From assembly GCF_001194135.2 (NCBI RefSeq), contig NC_068987.1, forward strand, positions 21,852,322 through 21,886,469: DNA of 34,148 bases, written 5' to 3'. The position numbers and the translations under genes were made by a program. Numbering within the stretch: position 1 is the first letter of the stretch; every line of letters begins with the position of its first letter. Source of the DNA: Octopus bimaculoides. Taxonomy: Eukaryota. Of the stretch, positions 1-10,499 are shown piece by piece. The notes beneath the pieces were generated by a model. That model was not told the origin of the DNA. It made no database searches and saw only the letters and a list, made by a program, of their open reading frames with translations.

Positions 1-11
1 ATATATTTCTT

Positions 12-200
12 TTATCTCTAACTTATTTCAGTTATTATATTGTGGCCATGCTGAGGCACTGCGTCAAAGAATTTTAATCAAATGAATTTACCCTAGTACT
101 TATCTCTTTTGCTGAACTGCTAGGTTATGGGAACTTAAACACACCAACATTGGTTGTCAACCAGAGGTGGGGTACCAACAGAGACACAAAGACACATACA
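12..200 (-). mobile_element. SINE family 1, degenerate 3' half
   Basis: Diverged match to the 'tttcagtcatttgactgcggccatgctg...ttggttgtcaag...acacacaaa' segment of better copies at 6284 and 21030. Confidence 0.6.
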
Positions 201-439
201 CACAATCCAAATAATAAGACAAAGAAATTCTTTAACACATTTTGAATGATTCATTACAATTGTTTAACAGCAAATATTACATAAATTTTCACTTCAAATA
301 AAGTGTAAACTGGCGTAGCAAGCAGAGTTTGTACAGAAACAATTGTAATGAGTCATTATCAAAAAAACAAAACAAAAAAAAAGGATTTTTTTGTCTTATT
401 TGCTATTTGGATTATAGTTTACTCTTTTCCACACCCATG

Positions 440-860
440 CAATGGTTTTTACCATCATGAAAGCAAGATTTTTTACGCTTGAAGATTTTCAGTACTAGCC
501 TGGAGTCTGACAGTGTTGATGGCCCAGAACTCAGGTTGTATGCTTCTCAGGAAATACTGTACCTTTAAACCCTAGTAGGACTTATGATATAAAATCTAAT
601 ATTCTCTTATCCTTCCTTAATACCAGTTCCCATATGCTATTCATATCTGCACTGGTCTGCTTAGGAGGTTGTGGTGTCCTAGCATATGTGCTGCTTCTTT
701 TAGTTTTTGTATTTTCCAGTGGTGTTCTCTGTCTATTATTTTAACTTCATCCCACAGAGGGAGGTGGTCTCCATTTTTCCAATACATGATCAGCTATACC
801 TGATTTATCAATATCTCCCCATGTCACAACTTTGCAATGTTCCTCTACCCTTAACACAAA
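440..860 (-). mobile_element. Penelope-like element 3' remnant (C-terminal part of GIY-YIG region)
   Basis: Minus strand translates, with frameshifts, to RVEEHCKVVTWGDIDKSGIADHV..LWDEVKIIDREHHWKIQKLKEAAHMLGHHNLLSRP..DMNSIWE. This resembles the end of PLE ORFs. Confidence 0.7.
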
Positions 861-914
861 CAAGATGAGGACAAATATCCGTCAAATGTAAATAACATAA
901 CTATATATATATAT

Positions 915-1330
915 ATATATATTATCTATTTTCAGCTCATGAGCTGTGGCCATGCTGGGGCGCCATTTGGTGTTGCTACATAATTTTACTTCATGAATGC
1001 TCTTTAGGAATTGATATTTGGTGCATGTGGGAGTTGGATGCCACTGCCCTCATCTGCGCCTCCTGCCACAAAATTGGTTCATCTGGGACACTTGACAGTA
1101 AGAGACACGTTATTTTGAAGACACCTACATCCACCTAATGCAGGTCTCTTAGGTCCTTTGGGGGAATATTGAAGAGATGTGGTCCTCTGAAGCCCAGGCT
1201 ATTGCAGTATCTTGCCCCATATCTTGATAGCAAATTTGGAGTCCTTGGCACTATGCAGTGGCGCCCAGTTCTAGTATTTGTGTAACTCTTGATGCCAAAG
1301 TTTGGGACAAGTCCTTCCAGGATCTTCTAG
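915..1330 (-). mobile_element. CR1/L2-type LINE 3' end (ORF2 C-terminus plus 3' UTR), with an in-frame stop
   Basis: KILEGLVPNFGIKSYTNTRTGRHCIVPRTPNLLSRYGARYCNSLGFRGPHLFNIPPKDLRDLH*VDVGVFK..LSSVPDEP, followed by the terminus 'ggcgccccagcatggccacagctcatgagctgaaaatagataa'. Confidence 0.8.
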
Positions 1331-1384
1331 ATGTATATTATTGCATATCTTTCTTGCCTACAGTCAATATATATAAACATATAT

Positions 1385-1570
1385 AGGGAGAATTCACAAA
1401 AAAACAATAGACGAAGACAGGTGGTGTAGAAAACAAATAGATGTATTAGTATAATGCTCAGGAATAGAAAAAGTCTTTAACATTTCGAGCCTATGATCTT
1501 CCACAGAAAGGAACACAGAAAGAAACAAGGAGAGAAAAAAAAATGTGTGTAGTGGTTAGCAATCTATCAT
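1385..1570 (-). mobile_element. Penelope-type short repeat, copy 1 (hammerhead-like motif at 1474-1510)
   Basis: Reverse complement reads 'cctttctgtggaagatcataggctcgaaatgttaaagac', homologous to 4163-4198 and 29137-29175; sits next to (TA)n. Confidence 0.55.
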
Positions 1571-2281
1571 ATATACGTATATATATATATGTATATATGT
1601 GTGTGTATATATATATATATGCATATATATATATGCGTGTATATATATATATATNNNNNNNNNNNNNNNNNNNNNNNNNNNNNNNNNNNNNNNNNNNNNN
1701 NNNNNNNNNNNNNNNNNNNNNNNNNNNNNNNNNNNNNNNNNNNNNNNNNNNNNNATATATATATATATAGATACATATGTGAGTTTGTGTGCATGTTTGT
1801 AGAAGAAAGAGAATGTGAGAGAGCCAGAATGTAACAGTTTAATAGTGTAAAAGACAGTCACGGTAGTGGTGGTGGTGGTGGTGGCAGTAGCAGTGGCGGT
1901 GTTGAGTGGAAACTTGCCAAAGCGGTGACACACTTTTCCATGTAAACAAATCTTGAAAACAATATAACATTTGTGAATTGCTGTTGAAGAGGAGGCAGGA
2001 GAGAAGTCTGAAGAGGAAGCAAGAGAGAGGAGGCTAGATGATGATGTGTAAATTCTTTGATGGTCAAGACGAAATTGTTGGAAAGCATTGAACACAGAGT
2101 AAGATGGGAAGAAGGAAAGAGGTAGGTCAAGGATCCCGGAGGAGGAGGAGCGTGACAAGTGGTGGGTGTAGGAGAGAAGGGCAGGAGAAGAGTGGCACTC
2201 AAGTGAGGAATAATATCAACATTGACAGCAACGTCAACAACATCTGCAGTAAGAGATGTGACAGCAGTAGCAGAAACTCAC

Positions 2282-2395
2282 AAGAAAAACTGCCAACAAT
2301 ATCAACCTCTACATGCTTACTCAGCTTGTAAGAAACAGCAGCCAAATTTTTCTTGAACCGCACTCTACTGGAAAGACATACTGGATTAGGCAATC
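2282..2395 (-). CDS. Candidate coding exon H of the minus-strand gene
   Basis: Acceptor 'ccttttgtgcatttag|'. Only one frame is open: (G)LPNPVCLSSRVRFKKNLAAVSYKL[SKHVEVDIVGSFS]. Two in-frame donors: GTAAGC (exon end 2321) and GTGAGT (exon end 2282). Phase 1 to 1. Confidence 0.55.
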
Positions 2396-2406
2396 CTAAA
2401 TGCACA

Positions 2407-2680
2407 AAAGGATGGGATGGTCACGGTTGGAACGACTTTAATCACAGATATCAAAAATAACAACAATAAAGCACATTCGCAACATCAAGAGCATCTACAT
2501 GGTTGTTTGACCTGCTAAAAATAGCAGCCAGATCACCCTTAAATCAAACCCTACTCTATTCAAAAGAAGAAGGATGCATTAGAAAATGTAGACTTGGATC
2601 TGCAAAAACCAAAGATTGATCAAAACACCTTTGATCATAGTTATGTCTGATTAGAATTACCCAGGGTTAAACAACATCAC
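2407..2680. repeat. Unclassified interspersed repeat (related copy in opposite orientation at about 11200-11520)
   Basis: Shared 'aatagcagccagatc / gatttggctgctgcttctag' and 'gggatggtca / tgaccatcc' segments. Confidence 0.5.
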
Positions 2681-2689
2681 CATCATCAT

Positions 2690-2900
2690 CATTTTGTTTT
2701 ACAGTTGGCATATGGGTAGACTGATTCAATAGGATTTTATGAGTCAGAAGACTATGCCTTGCTCCACAGTCTTGTTTTTTGGGATGCTTTCTATGGCTGC
2801 ATGCCCTTCCCAATACCAACCACTTTACAGAATGTATTTGGTGCATTTTTCCATGGTACCAGTACTACAGAGGTTGCCTTGCCATCAGTGGACTATAGAA
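2690..2900 (+). mobile_element. Interspersed repeat family 3 (CAT-repeat head, 'ggatgcccttcctaacgccaacc' core), degenerate
   Basis: Homologous to better copies at 21419-21637, 24255-24412 and 29826-30125. Further worn copies at about 18640-18830, 19720-19990 and 20780-20950. Confidence 0.55.
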
Positions 2901-3086
2901 CACTCTCAAACCCCACAGAGTTGCTGCTCAAATCAATTACCTATCACTCAGAGTAGTAGTTTTCAACCATTTTCTACATATGGACCATTTTGATTTCTAT
3001 TTTACCTGGATAGACCCTCTTAACTATTCAATGTTTAAAAAAATCCGATAATTATATTTTTATAATTAAATATTATAAGGAAATTT

Positions 3087-3472
3087 TCTTTTACTTACTT
3101 CAGTCATTTTGACTGTGGCCATGCTAGAGCACCACTTTTAGTCAAACAAATCAACCCCAGGACTTATTCTTTGTGCGGCTAGTTCTTGTTCTATCGGGGT
3201 CTTTATGCCGCACCACTAAGTTACAGGGACATAAACACACCAACATTGGTTGTCAAGTGATGGTGGAAGGACAAACACAGAGACACACAAATACACACAC
3301 ACATATATGATGGGCTTCTTTCAATTTCCATCTACCAAATCCATGCACAAGGCTGTGGTCGGCCCGAGGCTATAGTAGAAAACACACACCCAAACTGTCA
3401 CACAGTGGGACTGAACCAGGAACCATGTGGTTGGGAAGCAAGCTTCTTACCATACAGCCATACCTGTGCCTA
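3087..3472 (-). mobile_element. SINE family 1 (tRNA-derived head, central microsatellite, LINE-like tail)
   Basis: Full two-part structure; head on the minus strand reads 'ggcacaggtatggctgtatggtaagaagcttgcttcccaacc'. Confidence 0.85.
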
Positions 3473-3601
3473 TGTTAAAATATTTTGTGTATTGTTGAAG
3501 TATAACAAATTTACAGCACATAAATTTTAATGACAAAATCTTATATGGGACCCCGAGGGTCATATTGAACCCTGATTGAGAACCATTGACTTAGAGTATA
3601 C

Positions 3602-3642
3602 CAGATAAATTTTGTGGCACCAGCACTGTTGGAATCGCCTTG
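3602..3642 (-). CDS. Candidate 41-nt exon of the minus-strand gene
   Basis: Acceptor 'ccttttgctttgcatgcag|' and donor '|gtatac'. All three frames are open; the phase 2-to-1 frame KAIPTVLVPQNLS(G) would join exon H in frame. Confidence 0.35.
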
Positions 3643-3955
3643 CTGCATGCAAAGCAAAAGGGAGCACCCCATGATGGAAAAGAAACAGATTTAGTACGAG
3701 AGGATGATAACGGAAGAAATAGCAGAGGGACCAGTGTTGGCGCAGGGAGGAGGGAAGAAAGTGGGGAAGGGTAGAGAGTAATGTCCCTTGGAGTAGTAAA
3801 GAAGAGTAATGTCTCTAAAAGGGAAGAGACATTAGTCTAAAGGAGAAATGTTTCTAGAAGAGAAAAAGGAGTGTCTCTCTAAAGGGGAAGGAGGGGAGAG
3901 AGAGAGAGGATGACAACATGGTAATCCTAATGGGGATGGGTGGTGGTGGATGGAT

Positions 3956-4008
<53 letters not shown>

Positions 4009-4099
4009 AAGTCAGAGTGATAAAGGTGGTAAGAGGGCGAGAAAGATGGGTGTTGAATATATATCAATTTACATCATATATGTCTGTATGCATATATAT

Positions 4100-4198
4100 A
4101 GTTGCCATGATAGATCGCTGACCAAAACATTCAATTTTTTTTCTCCGTGTTTTTCTCCGTATTCTTTCTGTTGAAGAGCGTAGGCTCAAAACGTTAAA
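4100..4198 (+). mobile_element. Penelope-type short repeat, copy 2 (truncated by a gap)
   Basis: 'attctttctgttgaagagcgtaggctcaaaacgttaaa'. Confidence 0.55.
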
Positions 4199-4601
4199 NN
4201 NNNNNNNNNNNNNNNNNNNNNNNNNNNNNNNNNNNNNNNNNNNNNNNNNNNNNNNNNNNNNNNNNNNNNNNNNNNNNNNNNNNNNNNNNNNNNNNNNNNN
4301 NNNNNNNNNNNNNNNNNNNNNNNNNNNNNNNNNNNNNNNNNNNNNNNNNNNNNNNNNNNNNNNNNNNNNNNNNNNNNNNNNNNNNNNNNNNNNNNNNNNN
4401 NNNNNNNNNNNNNNNNNNNNNNNNNNNNNNNNNNNNNNNNNNNNNNNNNNNNNNNNNNNNNNNNNNNNNNNNNNNNNNNNNNNNNNNNNNNNNNNNNNNN
4501 NNNNNNNNNNNNNNNNNNNNNNNNNNNNNNNNNNNNNNNNNNNNNNNNNNNNNNNNNNNNNNNNNNNNNNNNNNNNNNNNNNNNNNNNNNNNNNNNNNNN
4601 N

Positions 4602-4632
<31 letters not shown>

Positions 4633-5022
4633 AAATATATACATATTCCAAAGGTTAAACAGAAAGAACACAATGAAGGGAAAACTTAGACGAAAACTGG
4701 GCGGAAACATAACAGATGGAAAAAGGAGACAAAAACACGATACAAAGAAGATTCGCAGTGGTTTTTTCTCATCAGTTGGTTTCTGAGACGTCTTTGTGGT
4801 TTTGTGCCATTTAAAACCAAGACCGCTGTCATCTCAGAGGCGCCTGAACATTAAACTTCAGGATAATGCTGATGAATGTCTATGAGTACAGAACAAAATA
4901 ACATAGTGTGTACTACAAGAAATAATGACAAAGATGTAACCAACAAGGAATGGTACAATTATAAAGAAAATGCCTTTCGACTATACAATAGCAAAAAGAA
5001 TAAAAGGAAAGAATAATCATAC

Positions 5023-5088
5023 ATATGCAATACTAACAGAAAGAGGCTTTTGACTAAACAAACAGTAGTGACGTAGCGCAAAGAAGAA
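5023..5088 (-). CDS. Candidate 66-nt exon of the minus-strand gene
   Basis: Acceptor 'gttttttccag|' and donor '|gtatga'. Open as FFFALRHYCLFSQKPLSVSIAY (phase 0 to 0) or SSLRYVTTVCLVKSLFLLVLH (phase 2 to 2). Confidence 0.3.
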
Positions 5089-5168
5089 CTGGAAAAAACA
5101 TCTTGATGGACAGTGGACACACATGTCTAGTTTAGCCAGTGGCAGACCAAGTACCAATTTATTGTTCC

Positions 5169-5253
5169 TATACAAGAATGTTATTCACAGTAACTTCGGC
5201 AATGGCTTAGCTGGCCAAAACTTCAAAGTCATTGTCAACAACATTCTTGTATA
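5169..5253. mobile_element. About 85-bp TA-flanked hairpin MITE (Tc1/mariner-like)
   Basis: ta|TACAAGAATGTTatt...aacAACATTCTTGTA|ta, with imperfect complementarity over about 27 bp. A partial second copy lies at about 19229-19288. Confidence 0.6.
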
Positions 5254-5316
5254 ATATAGATATATGTAAATATATATACTTATATATGCGCGCGCGTGTG
5301 TGTGTGTGTGTGTGTG

Positions 5317-5725
5317 TAGGGGCAGGAGTGGCTGTATGGTAAGTAGCTTGCTTACCAACCACATGGTTCTGGGTTCAGTCCCACTGCGTGGCACCTTGGG
5401 CAAGTGTCTTCTACTATAGCCTCGGGCCGACCAAAGCCTTGTGAGTGGATTTGGTAGATGGAAACTGAAAGAAGCCCGTTGTATATATGTATATGTATGT
5501 GTGTATATGTTTGTGTGTCTGTTTGTGTGTCTGTTTGTCCCCCCAACTTCGCTTGACAACCGAGGCTGCTGTGTTTACGTCCCCGTAACTTAGCGGTTCG
5601 GTAAAAAGAGATCGATAGAATAAGTACTGGGCTTACAAAGAATAAGTCCTGGGGTCGATTTGCGTGACTAAAAGGCGGTGCCCCAGCATGGCCGCAGTGA
5701 AATGACTGAAACAAGTAAAAAAGTA
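5317..5725 (+). mobile_element. SINE family 1, full length
   Basis: Head 'ggggcaggagtggctgtatggtaagtagcttgcttaccaaccacatggttctgggttcagtccc' with A/B-box-like motifs; tail 'ggcggtgccccagcatggccgcagtgaaatgactgaaacaagtaaaa'. Confidence 0.9.
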
Positions 5726-5757
<32 letters not shown>

Positions 5758-5816
5758 CACATACTAGTGTATTACATGTTATATGATGGAATAATTTGGA
5801 AGTATACTTTTGTCAC

Positions 5817-5885
5817 CATGGGCAACATCAGGGAATGTAGCATACATATGACAATTTCTTTCAACTTGCATGAAATTTCTTGGTG
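5817..5885 (-). CDS. Candidate coding exon G (69 nt, or 117 nt from the acceptor at 5933)
   Basis: Acceptors 'cattctgttaaag|' (5885) or 'cattttaag|' (5933); donor 'atg|gtgaca'. The phase 1-to-1 reading is PRNFMQVERNCHMYATFPDVAH(G); the phase 0-to-0 reading is also open. Confidence 0.5.
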
Positions 5886-6283
5886 CTTTAACAGAATGAT
5901 GAAATGAATATTGATTCTCAAAAGAGAAATTATCTTAAAATGTAAGAAAAAAAAAAAAAATTCTCATTTGCATAACTCCTCCAGTAACTACAATCATTTA
6001 CCCCACTTTCCTCTACCTCTTCTTTCCTCCCCACTCCTCCTCCTGTCTCTGATTATTTCGCTCTCTCACTGTGTGTGTGTGTATAGTGTTTGTTCACTCA
6101 TTGCCTGCCACCAAGTTTTGTATAATCACTCATCTTGCACCTCATATGTTAACTATTTCTGTAACTCTTTTCTACAACACATTCCTCTTCTCCCTGTACA
6201 ATGTAATACATGACTGGAGAATCAACCAGCCAGCATTTATACTGGACATTACAAACACCCACACACACACAAATATATATATA

Positions 6284-6672
6284 TACTCTTTTACTCTTTT
6301 ACTTGTTTCAGTCATTTGACTGCGGCCATGCTGGAGCACCACCTTTAGTCGAGCAAATCGACCCCAGGACTTATTCTTTGGATGCCTAGTACTTATTCTA
6401 TCGGTCTCTTTTGCCGAACCGCTAAGTTACGGGGACGTAAACACACCAGCATCGGTTGTCAAATGATGTTGGGGGACAAACACAGACACACAAACATACA
6501 CACACACACATATATATATATACATATATATATACGACGGGCTTCTTTCAGTTTCCGTCTACCAAATCCACTCACAAGGCTTTGGTCGGCCCGAGGCTAT
6601 AGTAGAAGACACTTGCCCAAGGTGCCACGCAGTGGGACTGAACCCGGAACCATGTGGTTGGTAAGCAAGCTA
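6284..6672 (-). mobile_element. SINE family 1, near full length
   Basis: Reverse complement of the 5317-5725 copy, with a (TACTCTT)n tail and a slightly truncated head. Confidence 0.9.
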
Positions 6673-6682
6673 TATATATATA

Positions 6683-6907
6683 TCTTTTATTTTTTACCTT
6701 TTACTTGTTTCAGTCATTAGACTGTGCCCATGCTAGGGTACTGCCTTGAAGGGATTTACTTGAACAAATCACACCCACTTTTTTTTGTGAAGCCTGGTAC
6801 TTATTCTATCAATCTTTTTGCCAAACTGCTAAGTTGTGGGGTCATAGACACACCAACATTGGTTGTCAAGCAGTGGTGGTGGTTGGGGGACAAACACAAA
6901 CTGAAAG

Positions 6908-6956
<49 letters not shown>

Positions 6957-7108
6957 GCTTCTTCCAGTTTCCATCTACCAAATCCACTCACAAGGCTTTG
7001 GTCGGCCCAAGGCTAGAGTAGAAGACATTTTGCCCAATGTATCATACAGTGTGACTGAACCTGGAACTATGTGGTTGGGAAGCAAGCTTCTTACCAAACA
7101 GCCACTTC
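6683..7108 (-). mobile_element. SINE family 1, older variant, in tandem with the previous copy
   Basis: Same two-part structure but more diverged, with an extra segment in the tail half. Confidence 0.85.
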
Positions 7109-7162
7109 ATTATGAAATCTAAAGTTTGACACAAAAAAGAGGAACCCAAATGAAAATGCTAC

Positions 7163-7294
7163 CATGCAGTTGGTGAACATGTTGGCCAGCGCTTGACCGG
7201 AAGTTGAAACATTGGCTAAACAGAGCATTCACAGAGAGGAGAATAAATGCGAGATAGTAGGTGCATCTGCGTACATATTTCTTAGTATACCTGC
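7163..7294 (-). CDS. Candidate coding exon F (alternative acceptors at 7294, 7290 and 7215)
   Basis: GC-richer island. The long form reads RYTKKYVRRCTYYLAFILLSVNALFSQCFNFRSSAGQHVHQLH (132 nt, phase 1 to 1). A strong pyrimidine tract and TAG define a 53-nt form (7215-7163). The donor GTAGCA is weak. Confidence 0.45.
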
Positions 7295-7652
7295 CTGTAT
7301 AAAGGTTATGGAAGAGTAGGGTTTTATTTGTGTGTCTGTATATGTGGTCCTCTGTGTGTCATGAGTTTGTGCATGTATAAGTTTCTATGTACATATTTGT
7401 GTTTAGGAGTGTGTGTGTGTACAATTATCAATATGGCATGGTGAGGACCACAGTTCAAAAGAGCACTTGTTACATCCTGTAGTCTAATTACTATGATAGA
7501 TATATGCATATATTGATGATGACGACCACACACACACACCACTGAATCACTGTATCGACAAGACTATCAAATGTTGGTATACATTATCTATATATAAAGC
7601 AATCAATCTATCTATATGTGTGTGTGTATGTATGTATGTATGTATGCGTGTG

Positions 7653-7940
7653 TCTATCTATCTATCTATCTATATATCAATTGATAAATCTTCAGTTTAA
7701 TGTTAAATTGTTTTTATATATAACTTGACAATGTTAAAACAAATGTGAATACATACATACGTGTATGTGTGTAGATAGACCAATAAATAGATAGATAGAC
7801 AGACAGAAAGACAGACAGACAGATGGATGGATAGATAAATAGACAGACAGACAGACAGATAGATAGATAGATGGACAGATAGATAGACAGACAGATAGAT
7901 AGATGGATAGATGGATGGATAGACAGACAGATAGTTATGC

Positions 7941-8027
<87 letters not shown>

Positions 8028-8598
8028 CTCACAACAATAATATTATTTTAAGAGTGTATGAACAACAGATCCAAAAAACAAAGGCTAATGAAATAATAGG
8101 GAAAACAGCTTTTACCATATGATAATGGATATTGTAATGAGGCAGGACACTGAGGTGTCACTGTGAAGAGAGTTTCGTTGTTTATTTTAATGGTTTTAAT
8201 CTATTTCAAAGTTATTTTAAAATAAATATATCACTTAAAAAAATTTCCCAGGGATGCTATCTGCATGAAACAAAAACTAGTTAAGTTAGTATCAGAGAAT
8301 TAGTAATTGTTCAGGTGCTATATAGCTGTCATTACAATGCCTATTTCCCAAGGGTCAGACAAGACTATTTTGGGGTAGGGTTCCCTATAACCAGATACCC
8401 TTTCTGATGATGTGAGCCCTCTGTCTGTCTGTCTATCTATCTATATATCTATCTATCTATATATTTATTGGTATCTACACACATACACGTATGTATGTAG
8501 TCACATTTGTTTTAACATTGTCAAGTTATATATGAAAACAATTTAACATTAAACTGAAGATTTATCAATTGATATATAGATAGATAGATAGATAGATA
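7653..8598. repeat. Local inverted duplication (arms about 7653-7789 and 8464-8598)
   Basis: About 135-bp arms differing by two substitutions and one 2-bp indel; the core is not a microsatellite. Confidence 0.9.
8116..8160 (-). CDS. Candidate 45-nt exon E
   Basis: Acceptor 'aactctcttcacag|' and donor 'atg|gtaaaa'. Reads TPQCPASLQYPLSY (phase 1 to 1) or DTSVSCLITISIII (phase 2 to 2). An alternative longer form 8149-8035 ends at a GTGAGT donor. Confidence 0.45.
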
Positions 8599-8603
8599 GT
8601 TAC

Positions 8604-8668
8604 CAAGTGTGGTAACAGTCTCCAAGTCAATTGGACAAGGAATAATCCAGAGATTGTTATGCAGATGA
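8604..8668 (-). CDS. Candidate 65-nt coding exon C
   Basis: Acceptor 'gttgtttgtttccag|' and donor 'ttg|gtaact'. The phase 1-to-0 reading (F)ICITISGLFLVQLTWRLLPHL joins exon B in frame. An alternative reading is HLHNNLWIIPCPIDLETVTTL. Confidence 0.55.
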
Positions 8669-8848
8669 CTGGAAACAAACAACACTTTTCATTCAAATCA
8701 AATGTTTGTTTGCAATCAGTAAAAACATACGAAGACAAGGAAAAATATAAATCAGCATGCACAGTGAGCAAGTGTGTTAGTTTCTATGTGTGTACACACA
8801 CACACATCAATAAATACATATAAATGTACACAGACACACATCACTATA

Positions 8849-9138
8849 TACAGTAATCCTTCACCATATCACAGTTCACCTATTGTGGTTCACCTATTGC
8901 AGTTTATTATTAAAGCTTACATCGATTCCTCCGTGGTGTTGTTTTGCATTTATAATGAAACGAGACATAAGTTTCATAAACTACAAAATATAAATATCCA
9001 CACTACCACACTTGAAATGTATATGCTATAACTCTTTATCTTGATTTGAATGTACATAAAGGTATTTAGAATGCCCAAACTTATTTCTGTAAAGCACTGA
9101 TGCTGATCATAGTTTAGTCAATAAGCATAGGAGCGAGG
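8849..9138 (+). mobile_element. Tigger/pogo-like DNA transposon left end
   Basis: ta|CAGTAATCCTTCACCATATCACAGTTCACCTATTGTGGTTCACCTATTGC resembles a Tigger-type TIR with subterminal repeats; runs into a gap. Confidence 0.5.
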
Positions 9139-10116
9139 NNNNNNNNNNNNNNNNNNNNNNNNNNNNNNNNNNNNNNNNNNNNNNNNNNNNNNNNNNNNNN
9201 NNNNNNNNNNNNNNNNNNNNNNNNNNNNNNNNNNNNNNNNNNNNNNNNNNNNNNNNNNNNNNNNNNNNNNNNNNNNNNNNNNNNNNNNNNNNNNNNNNNN
9301 NNNNNNNNNNNNNNNNNNNNNNNNNNNNNNNNNNNNNNNNNNNNNNNNNNNNNNNNNNNNNNNNNNNNNNNNNNNNNNNNNNNNNNNNNNNNNNNNNNNN
9401 NNNNNNNNNNNNNNNNNNNNNNNNNNNNNNNNNNNNNNNNNNNNNNNNNNNNNNNNNNNNNNNNNNNNNNNNNNNNNNNNNNNNNNNNNNNNNNNNNNNN
9501 NNNNNNNNNNNNNNNNNNNNNNNNNNNNNNNNNNNNNNNNNNNNNNNNNNNNNNNNNNNNNNNNNNNNNNNNNNNNNNNNNNNNNNNNNNNNNNNNNNNN
9601 NNNNNNNNNNNNNNNNNNNNNNNNNNNNNNNNNNNNNNNNNNNNNNNNNNNNNNNNNNNNNNNNNNNNNNNNNNNNNNNNNNNNNNNNNNATATATATAT
9701 ATATAGTACTTTTTTTATTAACCCTGTAAAGATGAAAAGTAAAGTTGATAAACTGAGTACCAGTCAAACATTGGCAGAAATTCTAACGGCAGTTTACCAA
9801 TCTCTCTCTCTCTCTCTCTCTTTCCCTTTCTATAGCTCTAACTGTTTTTTGTCTGTTTGTCTCCCTCTCATTCAGTATCTGTCTCTCCCCCTCTTTTTAT
9901 CTGTCCGTCTGTTTCTATCTCTCTCACTTCTCTTACTCACTCTTTCTTTATCTATCTATCTATCTGTCTGTCTATCTCTCCGTCTCTGTTTATCAATCTC
10001 TCAATCCAACTCTCCCACTTTCTGTCAGCCTGTCTGTCTGTCTGTCTGTCTGCTTGTCTCTCTCTTTGGGGAATGCTTAAGTTGTGTTACATGAAGGATT
10101 ATATAAAACCACTCAC

Positions 10117-10210
10117 AGAGTCCATATTTATTCCACAATTGAAGGATTGAGTATGAGTTGGCAACATCTATCTTCTCAGAAAAAACTAATAGAACCGGAA
10201 CTGAAACTGT
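10117..10210 (-). CDS. Candidate 94-nt coding exon B
   Basis: Acceptor 'gtactattcttag|' and consensus donor 'ctct|gtgagt'. The single open frame TVSVPVLLVFSEKIDVANSYSILQLWNKYGL (phase 0 to 1) is compatible with exon A upstream and exon C downstream. Confidence 0.6.
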
Positions 10211-10499
10211 CTAAGAATAGTACAATGTGCAGTTTAGAGCAGAACAGTAATTAACAAGACAAATTACTTAATGAGTTTCACCACATTTAATGCAGGGAGC
10301 ATTGAAATGTAAACTAAAATAATTATGCAACAAGGAAAACTATAATATTAGGTCAAAACTAATATTATTTTAATTGTTTTAGTAATTACGTCAATGAATG
10401 TTTCCTTAGCAGATCATTATTATTAATTAGCTCTTTAACTGACAATTCATTAATTTATGTGAATATTAACTTAACCATTTCAAAGTTATTTGACATAGT

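Noticed and set aside
1556-2202. Ser/Thr-rich ORFs, including an 'SYSVFN' resembling the SAYSvFN motif
   Set aside because: Mostly a pyrimidine-rich, intron-like sequence and the motif context does not match. A further exon near 1979 is possible but was not supported well enough to list.
3745-3771. Potential G-quadruplex (four G-tracts, loops 4/8/2)
   Set aside because: It has a long loop, lies in a generally purine-rich stretch, and has no supporting context.
5317-5400. tRNA-like sequences (also about 23050-23121)
   Set aside because: These are SINE heads with A/B boxes but no complete cloverleaf, so not tRNA genes.
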